From Alphaproteobacteria bacterium (GTDB taxonomy: Bacteria; Pseudomonadota; Alphaproteobacteria; CAAHEQ01; UBA3637): DNA of 64,000 nucleotides. The position numbers were made by a program, and so were the translations under genes. How positions within the stretch are numbered: position 1 is the first letter of the stretch; each line of letters opens with the position of its first letter. The notes beneath the pieces are model-generated. The model searched no databases. It was not told the origin of the DNA and was given only the letters and a program-made list of their open reading frames with translations. The stretch is taken from contig JAZRDB010000012.1 in assembly GCA_045660045.1 (NCBI GenBank), positions 55,869 to 119,868 of the forward strand. The letters run 5' to 3'. Positions 28,949 through 38,537 of this stretch are shown here, piece after piece.

Positions 28949-29230
28949 TTACTCCTGTGTTGCCTTGGCATCAGCAGCCGTATGTTTCGTAAAGGTACGA
29001 GTTGGTGCAAACTCACCAAACTTGTGACCCACCATATTTTCGTTTACTGAAACGGGGATGAATTTGTGTCCATTATAAACACCAAAGGTCAATCCCACGA
29101 AATCAGGAAGGATTGTGGACCGACGGGACCACGTTTTAATCACTTCATGACGACCATTCTTCTTGGCTTCATCAGCTTTCTTTAACAGATAGCCATCAAC
29201 AAACGGTCCTTTTCTGACAGATCTTGTCAT
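28949..29230 (-). CDS. rpsS: 30S ribosomal protein S19
   Basis: [12 protein letters not shown]...[13 protein letters not shown]. Confidence 0.95.
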   Translation of the reverse strand: MTRSVRKGPFVDGYLLKKADEAKKNGRHEVIKTWSRRSTILPDFVGLTFGVYNGHKFIPVSVNENMVGHKFGEFAPTRTFTKHTAADAKATQE

Positions 29231-29240
29231 TTATGCCTCC

Positions 29241-30068
29241 TTATGCTTTCTTCACGGCGTGACGAGAACGCACAATCATGCTATTCGTCCGCTTGTTGTT
29301 TCTTGTCTTCTTACCTTTGGTCTTCCATCCCCATGGTGACACAGGGTTACGACCACCGTTCGTACGACCACCATGTGGGTGATCCACTGGGTTCATCGCA
29401 ATACCGCGGACGGATGGACGCTTGCCCAACCAACGGGCGCGGCCAGCTTTCGCCAACACTGTATTTTGATTATCCGGGTTCGAAACGGCACCGATAGAAG
29501 CCATACAATCCGCTAACACTAAGCGTAATTCGCCAGAGCTTAAACGGATTTGAGCATAACCGGCATCTTTACCAATCAATTGAGCATAGCATCCGGCAGA
29601 ACGAGCCAATTGACCGCCCTTTCCTGGTTGCAACTCAATATTATGGACAATTGTACCAACCGGCATATTTTTCAGCGGCATCGCATTACCTGGTTTAATA
29701 TCAGCGTTTTGAGAAGCAATAACTGTATCACCCTTAGCTAAGCGTTGTGGCGCCAAAATATAGGACAATTCACCGTCTTCATATTTAATTAAAGCGATAA
29801 AAGCTGTCCGGTTCGGATCATATTCCAAACGTTCAACAACGGCTGGAACATCCAATTTCTTACGTTTGAAATCCACCAAACGGTAGGCCTTTTTCACACC
29901 ACCGCCCATACGACGAGATGTCATATGACCGTGATTGTTACGACCACCTGTGGACTTTTTGCCTTCAACCAATGTCTTGACTGGGGCACCTTTATGCAAT
30001 TCACTGCGATCAATACCGATCAAAGATCTGTTTGCATTTCCAATAGCTTTAGTTTTCTTTAATGCCAT
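29241..30068 (-). CDS. rplB: 50S ribosomal protein L2
   Basis: [17 protein letters not shown]...[10 protein letters not shown]. Confidence 0.95.
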   Translation of the reverse strand: MALKKTKAIGNANRSLIGIDRSELHKGAPVKTLVEGKKSTGGRNNHGHMTSRRMGGGVKKAYRLVDFKRKKLDVPAVVERLEYDPNRTAFIALIKYEDGELSYILAPQRLAKGDTVIASQNADIKPGNAMPLKNMPVGTIVHNIELQPGKGGQLARSAGCYAQLIGKDAGYAQIRLSSGELRLVLADCMASIGAVSNPDNQNTVLAKAGRARWLGKRPSVRGIAMNPVDHPHGGRTNGGRNPVSPWGWKTKGKKTRNNKRTNSMIVRSRHAVKKA

Positions 30069-30069
30069 C

Positions 30070-30387
30070 TTACACCCCCGCCGTTACATCAATCGTTTGG
30101 CCTTTTGCCAACGTAACGATTGCTTTTTTCACATCGGAGCGAACACCCTTTTGACCACGGAAGAATTTAATCTTACCTTTTTGGGTCAAAGTATTCACTG
30201 ATTTCACTTCTACACCAAACACACCTTCCACAGCGGCCTTAATTTCAGGCTTTGTGGCGGATTTTAACACTTCGAAAACCACTTGGCTGCTCTCGCCGAC
30301 TTTCATGGCCTTTTCCGTAATGATCGGACGCACTAAAACGTCTGTCATCTTTGGTGTTAATGTTTTCTTTTCGGACTTCTTAATCAT
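30070..30387 (-). CDS. rplW: 50S ribosomal protein L23
   Basis: Operon position and sequence [12 protein letters not shown]...VFEV. Confidence 0.9.
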   Translation of the reverse strand: MIKKSEKKTLTPKMTDVLVRPIITEKAMKVGESSQVVFEVLKSATKPEIKAAVEGVFGVEVKSVNTLTQKGKIKFFRGQKGVRSDVKKAIVTLAKGQTIDVTAGV

Positions 30388-31007
30388 TAGGCTAACCGTC
30401 CTTCCAATTTCTCAGCCGCTTCCTTGGATAACACCAAGATATCGCGACGCATCATATCATAAACGTTTGCACCTTGAACCGGTAAAACATCAACGTTTTT
30501 GATGTTACGGGCGGATAAAGCAAACTTTTCGTCCAATGTTTCACCACCAACGAATAAAATGGAATTCCACTTATTCGCTTTGAAAGTCTTTTCAAAGGCC
30601 TTTGTGCTGATTTTCTTGGCTGTCATATCATCCAAGATGAACAATTTCTTTTCAGCAACTTTGGTGGACAAGGCCACTTTCATGGCTTTGGCACGTAATT
30701 TCTTGGTCAAGCCATATTCGTGAGAACGCACGACTGGTCCAAACACCACGCCACCATGATACATTTGTGGGGCGCGTTTTTCACCTTGACGAGCACGACC
30801 TGTTCCTTTTTGACGGAATGGCTTAATGCTGGAACCACTGACTTCACCTTTATCCTTTGTTTTATGCGTGCCGGCACGACGTTTGTCTAATTGCCATTGA
30901 ATCACGCGAGCGAGAATGTCTTTGCGTACTTCGGCGCCGAACACTGTATCGTTCAGGTCGATGCTTCCGACTTTTTTCGCAGATAAATCTACTACATCAT
31001 ACTTCAT
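30387..31007 (-). CDS. rplD: 50S ribosomal protein L4
   Basis: [27 protein letters not shown]. Confidence 0.95.
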   Translation of the reverse strand: MKYDVVDLSAKKVGSIDLNDTVFGAEVRKDILARVIQWQLDKRRAGTHKTKDKGEVSGSSIKPFRQKGTGRARQGEKRAPQMYHGGVVFGPVVRSHEYGLTKKLRAKAMKVALSTKVAEKKLFILDDMTAKKISTKAFEKTFKANKWNSILFVGGETLDEKFALSARNIKNVDVLPVQGANVYDMMRRDILVLSKEAAEKLEGRLA

Positions 31008-31010
31008 GGT

Positions 31011-31802
31011 TTATTCCTTTACTTCTTCGGCAGGAGCAGCTGTTTCAGCCACTGGTTCTGCCTTGACTTCTGTTGCAGCTGGAGCGGCTTCGGCCACTGG
31101 TTCAGCTTTCACTTCTTCTTTTTTCGCTTCGGAAGCCTTTAATCCTGCAGGAACGGGACCAACAGCTTGTTTGGCACGCTTTTTGGCATCATTCACCAAA
31201 ACGATAGCGCCATCATAGCCGGGAACACCCCCGCGGACCATAATCAAATTACGGGCTTCGTCAATGGCAACAACTTCCAAGTTTTGAACTGTCACTTGTT
31301 CATTGCCTAATTGACCAGGCATCGGGCGGTTTTTCACCACACGACCAGGCCATTCACGGTTACCGGTAGAACCACCGGCGCGGTGCGTTCTGGACACACC
31401 GTGTGTTGCATTATCACCGTGGAAGTTATGGCGTTTAATAACACCCGCATAACCTTTACCCAAGGAAACTCCGACAACGTCAACCAATTGGCCCACTACA
31501 AAGTGGTTGGCACCGATAACGGAACCAGCTGGCACAATGCAGTCTTCCGACACGCGGAATTCAACCAAAGTCTTTTTCGGTTCTTGTTTTAATTTTGCGA
31601 AATGTCCTTTTTGAGGTTTGGCAACATTCTTTTCTTTAATCTTGCCAGATCCCAATTGGACAGCGGTATATCCGTCTTTTTCCTTTGTACGGGTATCAAT
31701 AACTGTGCTGTCAATTTCTAAAACAGTCACAGGAATACGATTACCGTTCTCTTGGAACAGACCCATCATACCGACTTTTTTTGCGATTACACCTGTACGC
31801 AT
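31011..31802 (-). CDS. rplC: 50S ribosomal protein L3 with ~55-aa Ala/Glu/Pro/Lys C-terminal extension
   Basis: [16 protein letters not shown]... core; tail contains [15 protein letters not shown] / [15 protein letters not shown]. Confidence 0.95.
   Translation of the reverse strand: MRTGVIAKKVGMMGLFQENGNRIPVTVLEIDSTVIDTRTKEKDGYTAVQLGSGKIKEKNVAKPQKGHFAKLKQEPKKTLVEFRVSEDCIVPAGSVIGANHFVVGQLVDVVGVSLGKGYAGVIKRHNFHGDNATHGVSRTHRAGGSTGNREWPGRVVKNRPMPGQLGNEQVTVQNLEVVAIDEARNLIMVRGGVPGYDGAIVLVNDAKKRAKQAVGPVPAGLKASEAKKEEVKAEPVAEAAPAATEVKAEPVAETAAPAEEVKE
31045..31117 (-). repeat. 45-nt (15-aa) tandem repeat inside the L3 tail
   Basis: Plus-strand units tcagccactggttctgccttgacttctg (31045-31072) and tcggccactggttcagctttcacttctt (31090-31117). 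Confidence 0.6.
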
Positions 31803-31814
31803 AGTCTTTTTCCT

Positions 31815-32117
31815 TTACACTTTAATCACAACATGTACACCGGCGGCGAGGTCCAATTTCATGAGGGCATCAACCGTTTGTGGTGTCGGATCAATAATGT
31901 CGAGCACCCGCTTGTGGGTTCTGATTTCAAATTGCTCACGTGACTTTTTGTCCACATGGACAGAACGGTTCACTGTGAATTTTTCAATACGAGTCGGCAA
32001 CGGGATTGGGCCAACCACTTGGGCGCCTGTCCGTTTCGCTGTATTGAGAATCTCACGGGTAGATTGATCCAACACCCCGTGATCAAAAGCTTCTAAACGA
32101 ATTCTAATTTTATCCAT
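31815..32117 (-). CDS. rpsJ: 30S ribosomal protein S10
   Basis: [16 protein letters not shown]... Confidence 0.95.
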   Translation of the reverse strand: MDKIRIRLEAFDHGVLDQSTREILNTAKRTGAQVVGPIPLPTRIEKFTVNRSVHVDKKSREQFEIRTHKRVLDIIDPTPQTVDALMKLDLAAGVHVVIKV

Positions 32118-32129
32118 TTTTCCTTCTCC

Positions 32130-34208
32130 TTAACCAGCCATCTTGGCCTTGATTTCGTCTGCAATCGCTTGCGGCACATCCGCATAGTGCGAGAATTGCA
32201 TGGTATATTGGGCACGACCTTGGCTCATTCCACGGAGGTTTCCAACATAGCCGAACATCTGAGCCAAAGGCACTGTTGCATCAATCACACGGGCATTCCC
32301 ACGGGAATCCATGTTATTGACCTGGCCACGGCGAGAGTTCAAATCACCGATAATGTCTCCCATATATTCTTCTGGTGTCACAATTTCGACCTTCATGATT
32401 GGCTCTAACAATTTTGGACCAGCTTTAGCCATACCTTCACGGAAGGCCGCACGAGCCGCAATTTCAAAGCACATCACGTTGGAGTCAACATCGTGATAAG
32501 CACCATCATACAGGTTGGCCTTAAAGTCTGTGCAAGGGAATCCAGCCAAAACGCCGGTTTCCAAAGCTTGACGCAGCCCCTTTTCCACACCTGGAATATA
32601 TTCTTTTGGAACGTTACCGCCAACAACTGTATTCTCGAATTGGAATCCAGAGCCAGGAGGCAACGGTTCAAATTTAATTTTCACACGAGCAAACTGACCG
32701 GCACCACCGGATTGTTTCTTGTGTGTATAATCTTCATCATATGGTTTGCTGATTGTTTCACGGTAGGCCACCTGAGGCGCACCCACATTGGCTTCCACCT
32801 TGAATTCACGTTTCAAACGATCCACAATAATGTCCAAGTGCAATTCACCCATACCTTTAATGATGGTTTGACCTGTTTCAGTATTGGAAGAAACGCGGAA
32901 AGATGGGTCTTCGATCGCCAACCGGTTCAAAGCCATACCCATTTTTTCAACGTCAGCTTTTGTCTTTGGTTCCACAGCAATCTCGATAACGGGATCTGGG
33001 AATTCCATTTTTTCCAAAACGACATCCATGTTTTCAGCACACAATGTATCACCTGTTGTGGTTTCTTTCAAACCCACCAAGGCCACGATATCACCAGCAT
33101 GAGCTTCTTTAATATCTTCACGGTGGTTAGCATGCATGAGCAACATACGACCGATACGTTCTTTTTCATCTTTCACGCTGTTACGCACGTATGTACCAGT
33201 TGTCAATGTACCTTGGTAAATACGGGTAAACGTCAAAGAACCCACATATGGGTCGTTCATAATCTTAAATGCCAAAGCAGCCAAAGGCTTAGAATCATCA
33301 GAGGCGCAAACGTATTCAGCACCCGTTTTTTCATCAATACCTTTGGATTGAGGAATATCAATTGGAGATGGCAAATAATCAACAACGGCGTCCAACAACA
33401 ATTGGACACCTTTGTTTTTAAATGCAGAACCACACAACACTGGAACGAATTTTTGTTCAATTGTTCCTTTGCGGATGCATTTAATCAATGTTTCCAAATC
33501 TGGTTCTTTGCCTTCCAAGTAAGCTTCCATAGCCGCATCATCCATTTCAACGGCCATTTCAATCATTTCTTGACGATATTTATCACAAATATCCTTTAAA
33601 TCGGCAGGAACATCTTGATATTCAAATGTTGCACCCAAGTCTTCGGAATGCCACACAACCGCACGGTTGTTCAAAATATCAACAACACCGACGAAATTGG
33701 CTTCTGCACCGATTGGGTATGTCATCACCATTGGACGAGCACCCAAACGATCGTGAATCATCTTCACACAACGTGGGAAATCGGCACCAATACGGTCCAT
33801 CTTGTTCACGAAACAAATACGCGGCACACCGTATTTATCAGCCTGCCGCCACACTGTTTCAGATTGAGGTTCCACGCCTTCCACGCCACCAAATACGGCG
33901 ACGGCGCCATCCAAGACGCGCAAGCAGCGTTCAACTTCGATTGTAAAGTCCACGTGCCCTGGTGTGTCAATAACGTTCACACGGTGACCACGCCAAAAGG
34001 CTGTTGTCGCCGCAGATGTAATTGTAATACCACGTTCTTGTTCTTGTTCCATCCAGTCCATGGTGGCACCGCCATCATGCACCTCACCAATCTTGTGAGT
34101 TTTACCTGTATAGTACAAAATACGTTCTGTTGTTGTGGTTTTACCGGCGTCAATGTGCGCCATAATACCAATGTTACGATATTTTTCAATCGGTGTTTCT
34201 CTTGCCAT
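32130..34208 (-). CDS. fusA: elongation factor G
   Basis: [28 protein letters not shown]; 692 aa. Confidence 0.97.
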   Translation of the reverse strand: MARETPIEKYRNIGIMAHIDAGKTTTTERILYYTGKTHKIGEVHDGGATMDWMEQEQERGITITSAATTAFWRGHRVNVIDTPGHVDFTIEVERCLRVLDGAVAVFGGVEGVEPQSETVWRQADKYGVPRICFVNKMDRIGADFPRCVKMIHDRLGARPMVMTYPIGAEANFVGVVDILNNRAVVWHSEDLGATFEYQDVPADLKDICDKYRQEMIEMAVEMDDAAMEAYLEGKEPDLETLIKCIRKGTIEQKFVPVLCGSAFKNKGVQLLLDAVVDYLPSPIDIPQSKGIDEKTGAEYVCASDDSKPLAALAFKIMNDPYVGSLTFTRIYQGTLTTGTYVRNSVKDEKERIGRMLLMHANHREDIKEAHAGDIVALVGLKETTTGDTLCAENMDVVLEKMEFPDPVIEIAVEPKTKADVEKMGMALNRLAIEDPSFRVSSNTETGQTIIKGMGELHLDIIVDRLKREFKVEANVGAPQVAYRETISKPYDEDYTHKKQSGGAGQFARVKIKFEPLPPGSGFQFENTVVGGNVPKEYIPGVEKGLRQALETGVLAGFPCTDFKANLYDGAYHDVDSNVMCFEIAARAAFREGMAKAGPKLLEPIMKVEIVTPEEYMGDIIGDLNSRRGQVNNMDSRGNARVIDATVPLAQMFGYVGNLRGMSQGRAQYTMQFSHYADVPQAIADEIKAKMAG

Positions 34209-34217
34209 GGTTCCCCC

Positions 34218-34688
34218 TTACCACTTAAAGTGAGCAAACGCTTTGTTTGCTTCTGCCATACGATGCACATCTTCGCGCTTACGCACGGCGGCACCACGAT
34301 TGTTAAAAGCTTCAATTAATTCAGCGGACAAACGTTCTGTCATTGTCTTTTCACCACGTTCACGGGCAGCACCAATGATCCAACGAATCGCCAACGCTTG
34401 TTGACGTTCTGGACGAACTTCTGTCGGAATAGGATAGTTCGCACCACCAACACGGCGAGAACGCACTTCCAATTGAGGTTTCACGTTGTTCAAGGCTTCT
34501 TTAAAGACTTCCAAAGCGGGCTTTTTTACCTTAGCTTCGACGTCATCCAAGGCGCCATACACAATACTTTCAGCGACTGATTTCTTACCAGCCAACATCA
34601 AGCAGTTCATAAACTTGGCAACAACGATGTCGTTGTATTTCGCATCGGCCACCACTTCACGTTTAATTGCAGCATGTCTACGGGACAT
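34218..34688 (-). CDS. rpsG: 30S ribosomal protein S7
   Basis: [12 protein letters not shown]..., full-length S7. Confidence 0.95.
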   Translation of the reverse strand: MSRRHAAIKREVVADAKYNDIVVAKFMNCLMLAGKKSVAESIVYGALDDVEAKVKKPALEVFKEALNNVKPQLEVRSRRVGGANYPIPTEVRPERQQALAIRWIIGAARERGEKTMTERLSAELIEAFNNRGAAVRKREDVHRMAEANKAFAHFKW

Positions 34689-34700
34689 ATTCTATTCTCC

Positions 34701-35072
34701 TTATTTAGGCCGTTTTGCGCCATACAGCGAACGAGCTTGTTTACGATTAGCAACACCTTGAGTATCAAGGGTACCACGAATAATATGATAACGCACACCA
34801 GGCAAGTCCTTCACACGTCCGCCACGAATCATGACGACCGAGTGTTCTTGCAAGTTGTGACCTTCACCTGGGATATAGGACGTTACTTCAAATCCATTTG
34901 TTAAGCGAACACGAGCGACTTTACGTAAAGCTGAGTTCGGTTTCTTAGGGGTTGTTGTATACACACGCGTGCAAACACCACGTTTTTGGGGGCACGCCTT
35001 CAAAGCAGGAACCTTGTTCCGCTTTGTGACTTTCTTACGGCTCTTACGAACCAATTGGTTAATTGTAGGCAT
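34701..35072 (-). CDS. rpsL: 30S ribosomal protein S12
   Basis: [10 protein letters not shown]..., [11 protein letters not shown]. Confidence 0.97.
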   Translation of the reverse strand: MPTINQLVRKSRKKVTKRNKVPALKACPQKRGVCTRVYTTTPKKPNSALRKVARVRLTNGFEVTSYIPGEGHNLQEHSVVMIRGGRVKDLPGVRYHIIRGTLDTQGVANRKQARSLYGAKRPK

Positions 35073-35262
35073 TCTATCCTTTTTCCTTTTACCTTCTTAT
35101 TAACAAAAAATCTTTCATCAACCTGTTTCAAGCGGACGAAAGCGTTCATTTTAATCCAACAACCTCTTTGTCATAAGACATTGATTTCGTTGAAAAAAAC
35201 TCCTCGATTTTTCTGGCAATTTCTTTCCAAAGAAACCCCGAAAGTATCGAACAAGCGGCGTT

Positions 35263-35291
35263 ATTATAACCGATTTTAACAAAACTGTCAA
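35263..35291 (-). promoter_or_regulatory. str-operon promoter, perfect TTGACA-N17-TATAAT (minus strand)
   Basis: The reverse complement reads ttgacagttttgttaaaatcggttataat. It lies about 190 nt upstream of the rpsL start. Confidence 0.6.
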
Positions 35292-35332
35292 TCCCTTTTT
35301 TAAACTTTTTTTACGGTATTTTTCACAAACAA

Positions 35333-35358
35333 TAAAAATCCCCGCCAAAAAAGCGGGG
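35333..35358 (-). terminator. terminator of the orphan gene 35375-36097
   Basis: CCCCGC/GCGGGG stem (35340-35345/35353-35358), followed on the minus strand by AUUUUUA. Confidence 0.6.
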
Positions 35359-35374
35359 AAATTGTTTCTATATA

Positions 35375-36097
35375 TTATTCACCACGAGCGCGAGTTTTCC
35401 TTCTGGGTAGTGGTTTTGGATCATGATGCTCCAGACGGGGTAGTGATTTTGCTTCATATTGCTTCAGAAGATGCGCTGGTATTAATTTTTCTTTATAGCG
35501 ATCATAAATCACTTTTTTCTCTTGATTGCCATCAGTCCATGTCGTTACTTCCACTTGGTCTGTTTTTTCCTCAATAATTTTATCGGCACGCAAGCCTCCC
35601 TTTCCATTCACAATTCCTTTTGCCGCCGACACCACACCCTCTCTTCTTTTCCAAACCAACCACAGTGCCGGATCTCCCTTTTGAAGGCTCTGTTTTAAAG
35701 GCACCAAAACGTATAATCCATTATCGGGATCTCCTCGCATACCAATCGTGTTTCCACAACCATCACTAAAATACGTTTCCTCTCCATCCCAATTTGAATT
35801 TTTAACTCTCGAATATATGTATCGACATTTCTCATACATATCACGACAATAATTCTCCAAGGTCAGATTTGGGTCCATTAGCGTAGTCATCCCTAACATC
35901 TGAGGACCATTATTGTAACTTACCAACTCTTCAGAAACCATTGGTCCATCCTCTATACATCGCGCCATGTTTTCTATTCTCTCTCTCATATACATATCCT
36001 CAGATAAAATCTGATCTGATTTCCTCCCCCTCATACGATCTTTAGAATGATCCTCATAAGGACCACATAGTTTCCTGATTATATCCGACATACTCAT
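35375..36097 (-). CDS. hypothetical protein (240 aa), no signal peptide, no recognisable family
   Basis: Strong RBS (GAAGGAGAATAAAAG ATG) and its own terminator. The C-terminus is basic (PRRKTRARGE). Confidence 0.65.
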   Translation of the reverse strand: MSMSDIIRKLCGPYEDHSKDRMRGRKSDQILSEDMYMRERIENMARCIEDGPMVSEELVSYNNGPQMLGMTTLMDPNLTLENYCRDMYEKCRYIYSRVKNSNWDGEETYFSDGCGNTIGMRGDPDNGLYVLVPLKQSLQKGDPALWLVWKRREGVVSAAKGIVNGKGGLRADKIIEEKTDQVEVTTWTDGNQEKKVIYDRYKEKLIPAHLLKQYEAKSLPRLEHHDPKPLPRRKTRARGE

Positions 36098-36310
36098 CTT
36101 TTATTCTCCTTCAGTTACAAAAGAACACCGCTGTATGCACCACGTATATCAGTCAGTGTTTTGTGGTTATTATAAAGCCGCGCATCAAGCCCGTCTATGA
36201 AAAGCTTAGCAAGCCCCACCCACCGTTATAAAATTATCATTATTTATCAATTGGTTATATTAATAAACTTTCATAACAGTTGAAATTGTCTTTTCGCTCT
36301 TCATAGGGCC

Positions 36311-36339
36311 ATGCTAACATACTCTCATCCCCTTGTCAA
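36311..36339 (-). promoter_or_regulatory. candidate promoter for 35375-36097 (TTGACA-N17-TAGCAT, minus strand)
   Basis: Hexamers on the reverse complement; this would give a leader of about 210 nt. Confidence 0.3.
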
Positions 36340-36369
36340 CACATTTTAACCCGTTATGGTATCTCAAAA

Positions 36370-36398
36370 TTGACAAAAAAGCATTTTTATGCTATAAT
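36370..36398 (+). promoter_or_regulatory. perfect consensus promoter TTGACA-N17-TATAAT for 36427-37167
   Basis: ttgacaaaaaagcatttttatgctataat; the start codon lies 29 nt downstream with RBS AAAGGAG. Confidence 0.65.
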
Positions 36399-36426
36399 AG
36401 ATTCCACTTAAAACAAAGGAGAAAAT

Positions 36427-37167
36427 ATGGCTGATTTTTTATTCACACAACGAAAACTTTTAAAAGAATATCTGGACAATGTGTATCAGGCGTATCCCAG
36501 CAATGCCTTAAAGGATCTGGAGAAAAAGGATCCACCTTATTATGCTCATATTCGCGCCTGTGAACATGAATATGCACGCTTGACAGATTGCGCCCAACAA
36601 GCACAGGCTCAACAAGCTCCTTTGCCAAACATATCAAAAGCACAGCAATTGACATTGTCTTTATTCCCTGCGGCTTTACCAACACCGCCCAAACAAACCA
36701 TCAAGCAGCAATTGCAGGGCAGCACAACATTCACCCCACTTCCATCTATCGTCTCAGCAGGATTTAATAAAGCACATACTGGCATCAATTGGCCACACTA
36801 TGAAAACATGCTGAAATTATTTGCTTTAGGCTATCTCTACCATGGCAAATTAACTCAGCAACAACAAAAAGACAAGGATGATTTAACTCAAGCCATTGAA
36901 GAAGTTGGAAATGCCAAATTCAAGAAAAAACATTTAACCGCTGAAGAAATTACTGAACGAGATTCACGTGTCTATATGCGTTATGGTCAAAATGTGATTC
37001 GGGCCATGGCTGACCCCGATCCACTTGTTTCTGAAAGACGTTTAAAAGATTTACGTTCTGAAATTCCTGATACGCGTAATAATAACAATGCCACTCAATT
37101 ACACAAAATGATGAGCAAGGCAAAGACCATTGCCATGATACTGCAAAATCGCTATAAATCGCAATAA
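36427..37167 (+). CDS. hypothetical protein (246 aa), Gln-rich, no recognisable family
   Basis: Consensus promoter plus strong RBS. Its stop abuts the stop of the convergent gene smpB. Confidence 0.65.
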   Translation: MADFLFTQRKLLKEYLDNVYQAYPSNALKDLEKKDPPYYAHIRACEHEYARLTDCAQQAQAQQAPLPNISKAQQLTLSLFPAALPTPPKQTIKQQLQGSTTFTPLPSIVSAGFNKAHTGINWPHYENMLKLFALGYLYHGKLTQQQQKDKDDLTQAIEEVGNAKFKKKHLTAEEITERDSRVYMRYGQNVIRAMADPDPLVSERRLKDLRSEIPDTRNNNNATQLHKMMSKAKTIAMILQNRYKSQ

Positions 37168-37638
37168 TTAGCTATTGTGTGCCCGCATAATACGGCCTTG
37201 ATCGCGTTTCCATTCGCGTTCTTTAATTGTTTGACGTTTATCGCGCACATCTTTACCACGACATAGGGCAATTTTCACTTTTGCAACCCCTCGCCCATTG
37301 AAGTACAAATCAAGCGGTACGATTGTCAATCCTTTTTGACGAACCGCCACGATTAACTTTGACAATTCTTTTTGATGCAATAAAAGTTTGCGCGGACGAG
37401 TGGCATTTTGTTCAACAAAGCCACTTTTACCGCTTTTATATTCATCAATATGGGAATTAATCAAAAACAACTCGCCTTTGTCAGGTGCCACATAGCTTTC
37501 GGCAATTTGGGCATGACCTTCACGCAAAGACTTAACTTCCGGCCCTGTCAGCATGATGCCGGCTTCATAGGTATCCAGAATTTCATAATTAAAATGCGCT
37601 TTGCGATTACTCGCTATGGTTTCAGAATTCTTTTTCAT
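37168..37638 (-). CDS. smpB: SsrA-binding protein SmpB
   Basis: IASNRKAHFNYEILDTYEAGIMLTGPEVKSLR..., C-terminal basic tail. Confidence 0.95.
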   Translation of the reverse strand: MKKNSETIASNRKAHFNYEILDTYEAGIMLTGPEVKSLREGHAQIAESYVAPDKGELFLINSHIDEYKSGKSGFVEQNATRPRKLLLHQKELSKLIVAVRQKGLTIVPLDLYFNGRGVAKVKIALCRGKDVRDKRQTIKEREWKRDQGRIMRAHNS

Positions 37639-37650
37639 TTGTCACACCTA

Positions 37651-37851
37651 TTATCGTGCATTCGAGCCATACTTCCTTTGCAAATACAACACATTCGCAT
37701 CCACCTTATTGGGATCCGCTCCATTTTTAATCGCTTCAGCCCGCAACTTTTCCTGTTCTTTTTTGACAATTTCAGCCGCCATAGGTACATCTAACCCTTC
37801 GCGATCAACGCCCGAAAGATATTTCCATCGCCATTCTTTATAAGTATCCAT
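37651..37851 (-). CDS. small hypothetical protein (66 aa) upstream of smpB
   Basis: RBS TAAGGAG 5 nt before the ATG, and a 12-nt gap to smpB. I recognise no family. Confidence 0.5.
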   Translation of the reverse strand: MDTYKEWRWKYLSGVDREGLDVPMAAEIVKKEQEKLRAEAIKNGADPNKVDANVLYLQRKYGSNAR

Positions 37852-37959
37852 GTGAACTCCTTATCTTTAGCGTTATTGTAGCAAACTTTTGCTCTTTTTT
37901 CAACAAAAAACTTGCCTTCCTATTTTCTTTGTGTTAAGTTTGAAAAAAAGGAGATAAAT

Positions 37960-38010
37960 ATGACGAACAAACACAAAACGTTCCTAATTTTGCTAATCGC
38001 CCTCAATTAG
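37960..38010 (+). other. 16-codon ORF with strong RBS encoding a signal-peptide-like start (MTNKHKTFLILLIALN*), out of frame with the downstream ORF
   Basis: AAAGGAG 7 nt upstream of the ATG. A TAG at 38008 ends it. The long ORF downstream is open from 37944 in the -1 frame. Confidence 0.4.
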
Positions 38011-38027
38011 ATAAACATCCAGGGCAA

Positions 38028-38537
38028 TTGACTCCAGAGGTCGCACAAAAAGACTCTGCCTTAAATCAAGATTTAATTCAATGCGCTCAATGGTTAAAAA
38101 GCAACAAAGACAAGGCGGGATCGGAAGAATATATGAACAACCTTGCTGCCCTTTCAATTATGGCAGAAAAGGGATATCCGATGGCGGGATTTGAATATGC
38201 CAAATTTTTAGCTGATGAAGGCGAATTAAACAAAGCCGCAAATTTCTTTGATAGAGCAAAGAAAAACGAAAATGCGGGGCCAGAATTAAAAAAAGAAATA
38301 CAGGCTTTTGTATCCTCCACTTCTAATGACAACGAAGAAAACAACAAAGACCCCAATAAAAAGCATGTTATCAAACGCAGTTCTTTGAAAAACGCCTTTG
38401 CCGAACGGGCCGATGATGACAATAAATCCGGTATCGTAAAAGCTTATGAACAAGCTCAATTGATAAAGGCACAACAAGAACGAAATGAAGGTTATTTACC
38501 ACACCATTCATATGTCCCCCCAAAAAAAGAAGATTAA
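38028..38537 (+). CDS. Sel1/TPR-like repeat protein, possibly a frameshifted (pseudo)gene whose true start is ATG 37960
   Basis: SLR-like segment [43 protein letters not shown]. The only in-frame start is TTG 38028, which has a poor RBS. Confidence 0.45.
   Translation: MTPEVAQKDSALNQDLIQCAQWLKSNKDKAGSEEYMNNLAALSIMAEKGYPMAGFEYAKFLADEGELNKAANFFDRAKKNENAGPELKKEIQAFVSSTSNDNEENNKDPNKKHVIKRSSLKNAFAERADDDNKSGIVKAYEQAQLIKAQQERNEGYLPHHSYVPPKKED

Noticed and set aside
32493-33599. 368-aa plus-strand ORF (and 33615-34319, 234 aa) in the ORF track.
   Set aside because: Both are antisense shadow ORFs inside fusA. They have low-complexity His/Phe/Cys-rich translations and no RBS.
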